Shown here: piece after piece, positions 59,573 to 64,000 of the stretch
Layout: each line of letters starts with the position of its first letter
Numbering within the stretch: the stretch's first letter is position 1
NCBI GenBank assembly: GCA_964016885.1
Contig: OZ024746.1
Span: 75,640,001-75,704,000, forward strand
Direction of reading: 5' to 3'
DNA from: Eledone cirrhosa
Lineage: Eukaryota
DNA: 64,000 bases
Made by a program: the position numbers and the translations under genes
The notes under the pieces: model-generated
The model's input: only the letters and a program-made list of their open reading frames with translations
Database searches by the model: none
What the model was told of the DNA's origin: nothing

Positions 59573-60688
59573 ATGGATACACATTACGAACGTGGTACTC
59601 GTACACGAGAAAAACCATTCCACTGTGAAATATGTGAAAAAATATATTCAACAGAACACAAATGTACACATACTGAAGAGAGAGATCGTATTTGTGGAAT
59701 ATGTGGGAGATATTTTTCTCGAATGAGTACGTTAAAACGTCATAAACGTATTCATACTGGCGAAAAACCATACAACTGTGAAATATGTGGAAAAACATTT
59801 TCTGAAAAATATTTACTAACATTACACACACGTACTCACACTGGGGAGAAGCCATATCACTGTGAAATATGTGGGAAAGCATTTTCTCAAATAAGCCATT
59901 TAGCAGGACATAAACATGTACACACTGTGGAAAAACCACATCACTGTGAAATCTGTGGAAAAACATTTTCTGAAATTTGTCTTTTAATTAAACATCAACG
60001 TATTCACAATGAAGAAAAACCATATCACTGTGAAATCTGTGGGAAAGAGTTTTCAAATAATGCCAACTTAATAAGACATAAACGTACTCACACTGGAGAA
60101 AAACCATACCACTGTGAAATCTGTGGCAAATCATTTTCTGAAATAGGTCATTTAACAAGACATAAAGGTTTTCATACGGGGGAAAAACCATACTACTGTG
60201 AAATATGTGAGAAAAATTTTTCCACAAAGGGTAATTTAACAGTACATAAACGTATTCACACTGGAGAGAAACCATATTACTGTGAGATATGTGGGAAAGC
60301 ATTTTCTGATAAACGTTATATATATGTACACAAATATACTCACACAGGAGAGAAATTACACCACTGTGAAATATGCGGTAAGGCATTTTCTCAAATAGGT
60401 CATTTAACAAGGCATAAATATATTCACACTGGAGAAAAACCATACCACTGTGTAGTTTGTGGGAAAAACTTTTCAAATAGTGGCACTTTATTGAGACATA
60501 AACGTACTCACACTGGAGAAAAACCATTCCACTGTGATATATGTGGAAAGGAATTTTCTCAAAATGGTGCTTTAACAAGTCATAAACGTACTCACACTGG
60601 AGAAAAACCATACACATGTGATGATTGTGGGAAAGCGTTTTCTACTAAAGGTTGTCTTCGAAGACATGAACATGTGCACTTACATTAG
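59573..60688 (+). CDS. Tandem C2H2 zinc-finger protein (12 canonical fingers plus 1 degenerate), single coding exon
   Basis: Uninterrupted ORF with repeated CxxC-x12-HxxxH and TGEKP linkers. First ATG is at 59573, with a probable acceptor ttatttcag at 59434-59435 upstream and AATAAA near 61033. No KRAB, ZAD or BTB domain is visible. Confidence 0.9.
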   Translation: MDTHYERGTRTREKPFHCEICEKIYSTEHKCTHTEERDRICGICGRYFSRMSTLKRHKRIHTGEKPYNCEICGKTFSEKYLLTLHTRTHTGEKPYHCEICGKAFSQISHLAGHKHVHTVEKPHHCEICGKTFSEICLLIKHQRIHNEEKPYHCEICGKEFSNNANLIRHKRTHTGEKPYHCEICGKSFSEIGHLTRHKGFHTGEKPYYCEICEKNFSTKGNLTVHKRIHTGEKPYYCEICGKAFSDKRYIYVHKYTHTGEKLHHCEICGKAFSQIGHLTRHKYIHTGEKPYHCVVCGKNFSNSGTLLRHKRTHTGEKPFHCDICGKEFSQNGALTSHKRTHTGEKPYTCDDCGKAFSTKGCLRRHEHVHLH

Positions 60689-63600
60689 AAACTAAAATTT
60701 GTGGGAAATCACCTACTCAGCATAAATATTTAACTATTTTCAAGGCATTCATAACATTTCAGTCGTCATTCTAACTGTAAACTGAGATCTGAATTCCTAC
60801 TCAAAATTGAATTCAATGTTGCAAGCATGTTGGCTTGCCTCAAAGTGTTCCATTAACCCTTATGATGTGCAGTTGATTGTCACACTTGGTAGTAAACTGA
60901 TAGTCGCTTTTGCTTTCCCCCGCCCCCTTTTTTTTCTCTCTTTTATGTGTTTATATTTGTGTTTATCAATGACATATTTGTAATGTTCTTCTGAAAGAAT
61001 TGCAAGCAATTTATGTTATTTATACAACTGTAAATAAAACCTTATACACATCAGAAACTTCTTTCTTAAAATATAAACTAAATTCTTTTATATGGTACCT
61101 ATCTCATCTTCTTATCGCAGAGATTTTGGGTGGATGAATTTAAAATCTTTTCCCTTATTTTGTATATTTTAATAAATATTGTTACATTACATGAATTGTA
61201 AGAATTTATTTGAAAATATAAAATTTGTTGTAATTCTATATTTGTCTTATGACTTATGTTTGGTGTTGTATTTTCTGATGTAGCATGTAAAGTCATTATT
61301 GTATCTTGTCTTTAGATTACAAATGACACAGTTATCAATGTGTTGACACTAACATATTTTATTCAATCTACATAAAATCAATCTCTAATTTCCATCACAT
61401 TGGTTGGTGTTTCACAATGGCATGACATTATCATTGAATATTAGAGTGTTCCTCGGTTTATTTAATTGACATTAATGTCAATTCAACGTCTGTGTACCTT
61501 ATCTTTCAATAATGTATTCTAAAAGATTCATGGACCATGAGATCTACATTCTGATCATTCACTATACATTGTCAAAGCCAGTTTGTATCTGACAGTTACA
61601 CAATTATTTATTTCAATTATGTAAGGTTTAAACAATCTCTCTTTGATTATATAGCATTTATCAGCTGCCTTGGTGGTTTTGGTAGTCTAGTAGATTTTCT
61701 AGGTAAACTATCATCAAGGATGACTGGCTTCCCAGTAATCCTAGATTGTTATTGTTCCTATACCCTGGCTGTCTCGTCAAGTAGTGGCCCCTCTCTTGAC
61801 TAAGTTTACATTCTAGCCACTTTTGTAAACCTATATAACTTTCAATAACACACCAAGCAGGTTTTCCACCATCCTTATTAGTAAAACAAAATAAAAGATT
61901 ACAACCAAAATAAGCCAAGTGCTTATTTCTCTATCAATAGACAGGCTACACCAAACAACTGGCCTACACAAAGCCTTCTTACCATATTCTTCCGTGTATA
62001 CCATGCAGTTTTTTTTTACTTTTGTTTCACTTTTTCAGTTTGTTTTGGGGGTGCATGATATACATCATAACAAAATGTCTCCAACCTTTTGTCAAACCTG
62101 TTTCCGAGAAAACAGCCAGCAGAAGACAGGAAATTGTATCAAGAATCAACCAACACCGAGTACCTTTTGACTTTAATTCTACCTTTTCTTATGCAATATT
62201 ATGTAATAAAATGTTTGAATAATACAATTATACAAAATGTGAATATAAATCACTAATCCATTAGGTTCACATATCACAGCTGTCAAAAGTTTAATTAACT
62301 GACTAATCTTTTTATTAGAAAGTAACACATTGTACATACATCTCTGTATTTTCCAATGTTCTCTAGCTTGAAAGTTCTATGGCAGCTTTTCCCTGTTTCT
62401 CCTGCGCATTATACACCAAAACTAGGCTTTTCCAGATATTTTTCTGGTCAAAAAGGGTTGTACACTATACACAGAATATGGTACTTTTACCAAATTGTCC
62501 CACATTCAATTCTTAGCAAAGACCCCTTTAATTTGGAAAGTATCACTATCTGAACTCCCCATTTCAGTGTCACAAACCCTGTATATTTTACCTCTTTTGG
62601 ATGAAAAGCAATGAAACTCCTTCATAATATCCCTTCCTCTAATATTAAGATGACTTTAACCAAGACAGGGTTCCTATATGTAGCAACTTGCTCAATGTGA
62701 TAGGTGAGACGAACATGTATGTCACTTCTTTATCTTTCACTGTATTCTTGGTCTTAATTGCAACGCTATCAATAAACTCTACTGGCTCTATAATGACTTA
62801 TTAAAGTTCTACAGCCCTAAAGAGAAAATGGGATGCTCTGTGTTCTCTAATAGGCCTGCTTCTCAGTTCAAGGTGTAAATGTTTCTATTCTAGGCTTAAA
62901 CAATTCAGCATGAATTAACCAAGTGCATCATTCACCATGTTAATTCTTCCAACACCCATTGTAACCAACCCTGTCCAAACAGAATATACTCTACATCAAT
63001 CATAACATACACCCACAAGTTAGCTAATCATTTATGTTACTTAAGTGACATAATTAATCCGAATCTCATTTCTTATAACTACAACAAACTCTGCTCCTCA
63101 AACTTGGCAATATGCACACATAATAGTCTTATAGTGCTTCAACGTTGACTAGAGTCATATCTCATCATGATTTCATGACATTAAGAAAAGGGCTCCCTTT
63201 GGTCATGACTGACCATGAGGTTATATATGGAAAGTTTCCAGGCTTCAAGCCTAGGCAAGTATTTAGTGGAAGAACAACAGTGTAGTCACCTATGAATGCT
63301 AGTCTTCCTTCTACATGCCAATGTCATCACAACTAATTTTTTTCCAGCTGAGTGGACTGGAGCTATGTCTTGCTCAAGTACACAACGCACCACTCAGCTC
63401 ACAAATTGAATTTATGATCTTACAATCATGTGTTCAACACCTCAACTACTAGGTCACACATCTTTTTTGCTGCTACCACACCGTTACAAAGTGTTTTATG
63501 CAATATTTTCTAGCTCAATGTTAAGTGGACTTAAAGCACTATGATTTTACATTCACAGTCCATGAGATTTGACTTACCTCCATAAGATTGGTAGCTACCT

Positions 63601-64000
63601 TTGTAAAACTGTTTACCTCCACTTTCTCTACCAGATCTGTATAAAGTTTATAACCACTGGTACAGATTGAGCTGTAACTGCACCTTCACTTCATAAAATA
63701 TCTTATCACTTTATTGACTGCTTTCTTCATGTTAGATTACTACAAATGTTGACATGATATTACTGCAAGATATTCAAGCCTGAAAAAAGCTTGAATATCT
63801 TGCAGTAAAACAATTTTCAATTTCGATAATTTGTTAGAAATTTATATCAAACAAGAAGTTATTGATACAGGCACTAGGTTTTCTTTAAGAGTAGAATTCC
63901 TTAAAAGTCATGTAGACTCACGTATTCTCGTCACGAAGGTACAAATTTGAGACCAGTGTCTTTATCAATGTTTGTAGGTGGTGGGCCATAGATACATCCA

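Noticed and set aside
59427-60617. Antisense ORFs of 179 and 209 aa
   Set aside because: Typical antisense shadows of C2H2 repeats.

Overview
AT-rich, repeat-dense animal genomic DNA. The SINE families, microsatellite load and a monoexonic C2H2 gene suggest an octopod cephalopod (inference), and there is a 200-N assembly gap at 16567-16766. Four protein-coding genes were reconstructed by reading splice sites: (1) the last five exons of a tyrosine decarboxylase-like PLP-dependent group II decarboxylase (+, 18930-21359; upstream exons not found in the window); (2) a complete 7-exon SRR1-domain gene, SRRD-like (-, 29441-38344, 340 aa), whose last intron has U12 (minor spliceosome) signals; (3) a complete 11-exon POLDIP2 gene (+, 39940-53891, 351 aa), head-to-head with SRRD; (4) a single-exon CDS with 12 C2H2 zinc fingers (+, 59573-60688). 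The rest is tRNA-derived SINEs, piggyBac-type MITEs, non-autonomous Helitrons, decayed LINEs (RTE, CR1, L1/Tx1, CRE, R4), a solo LTR and mini/microsatellites. Most ORFs in the supplied track are repeat artefacts. The most interesting unexplained signals are a ~315-nt structured RNA candidate with 7SK-like architecture between SRRD and POLDIP2, the U12 intron with a competing in-frame U2 donor, inverted-SINE fold-backs upstream of the TDC exons, and a minisatellite that multiplies the branch-point region of a POLDIP2 micro-exon.
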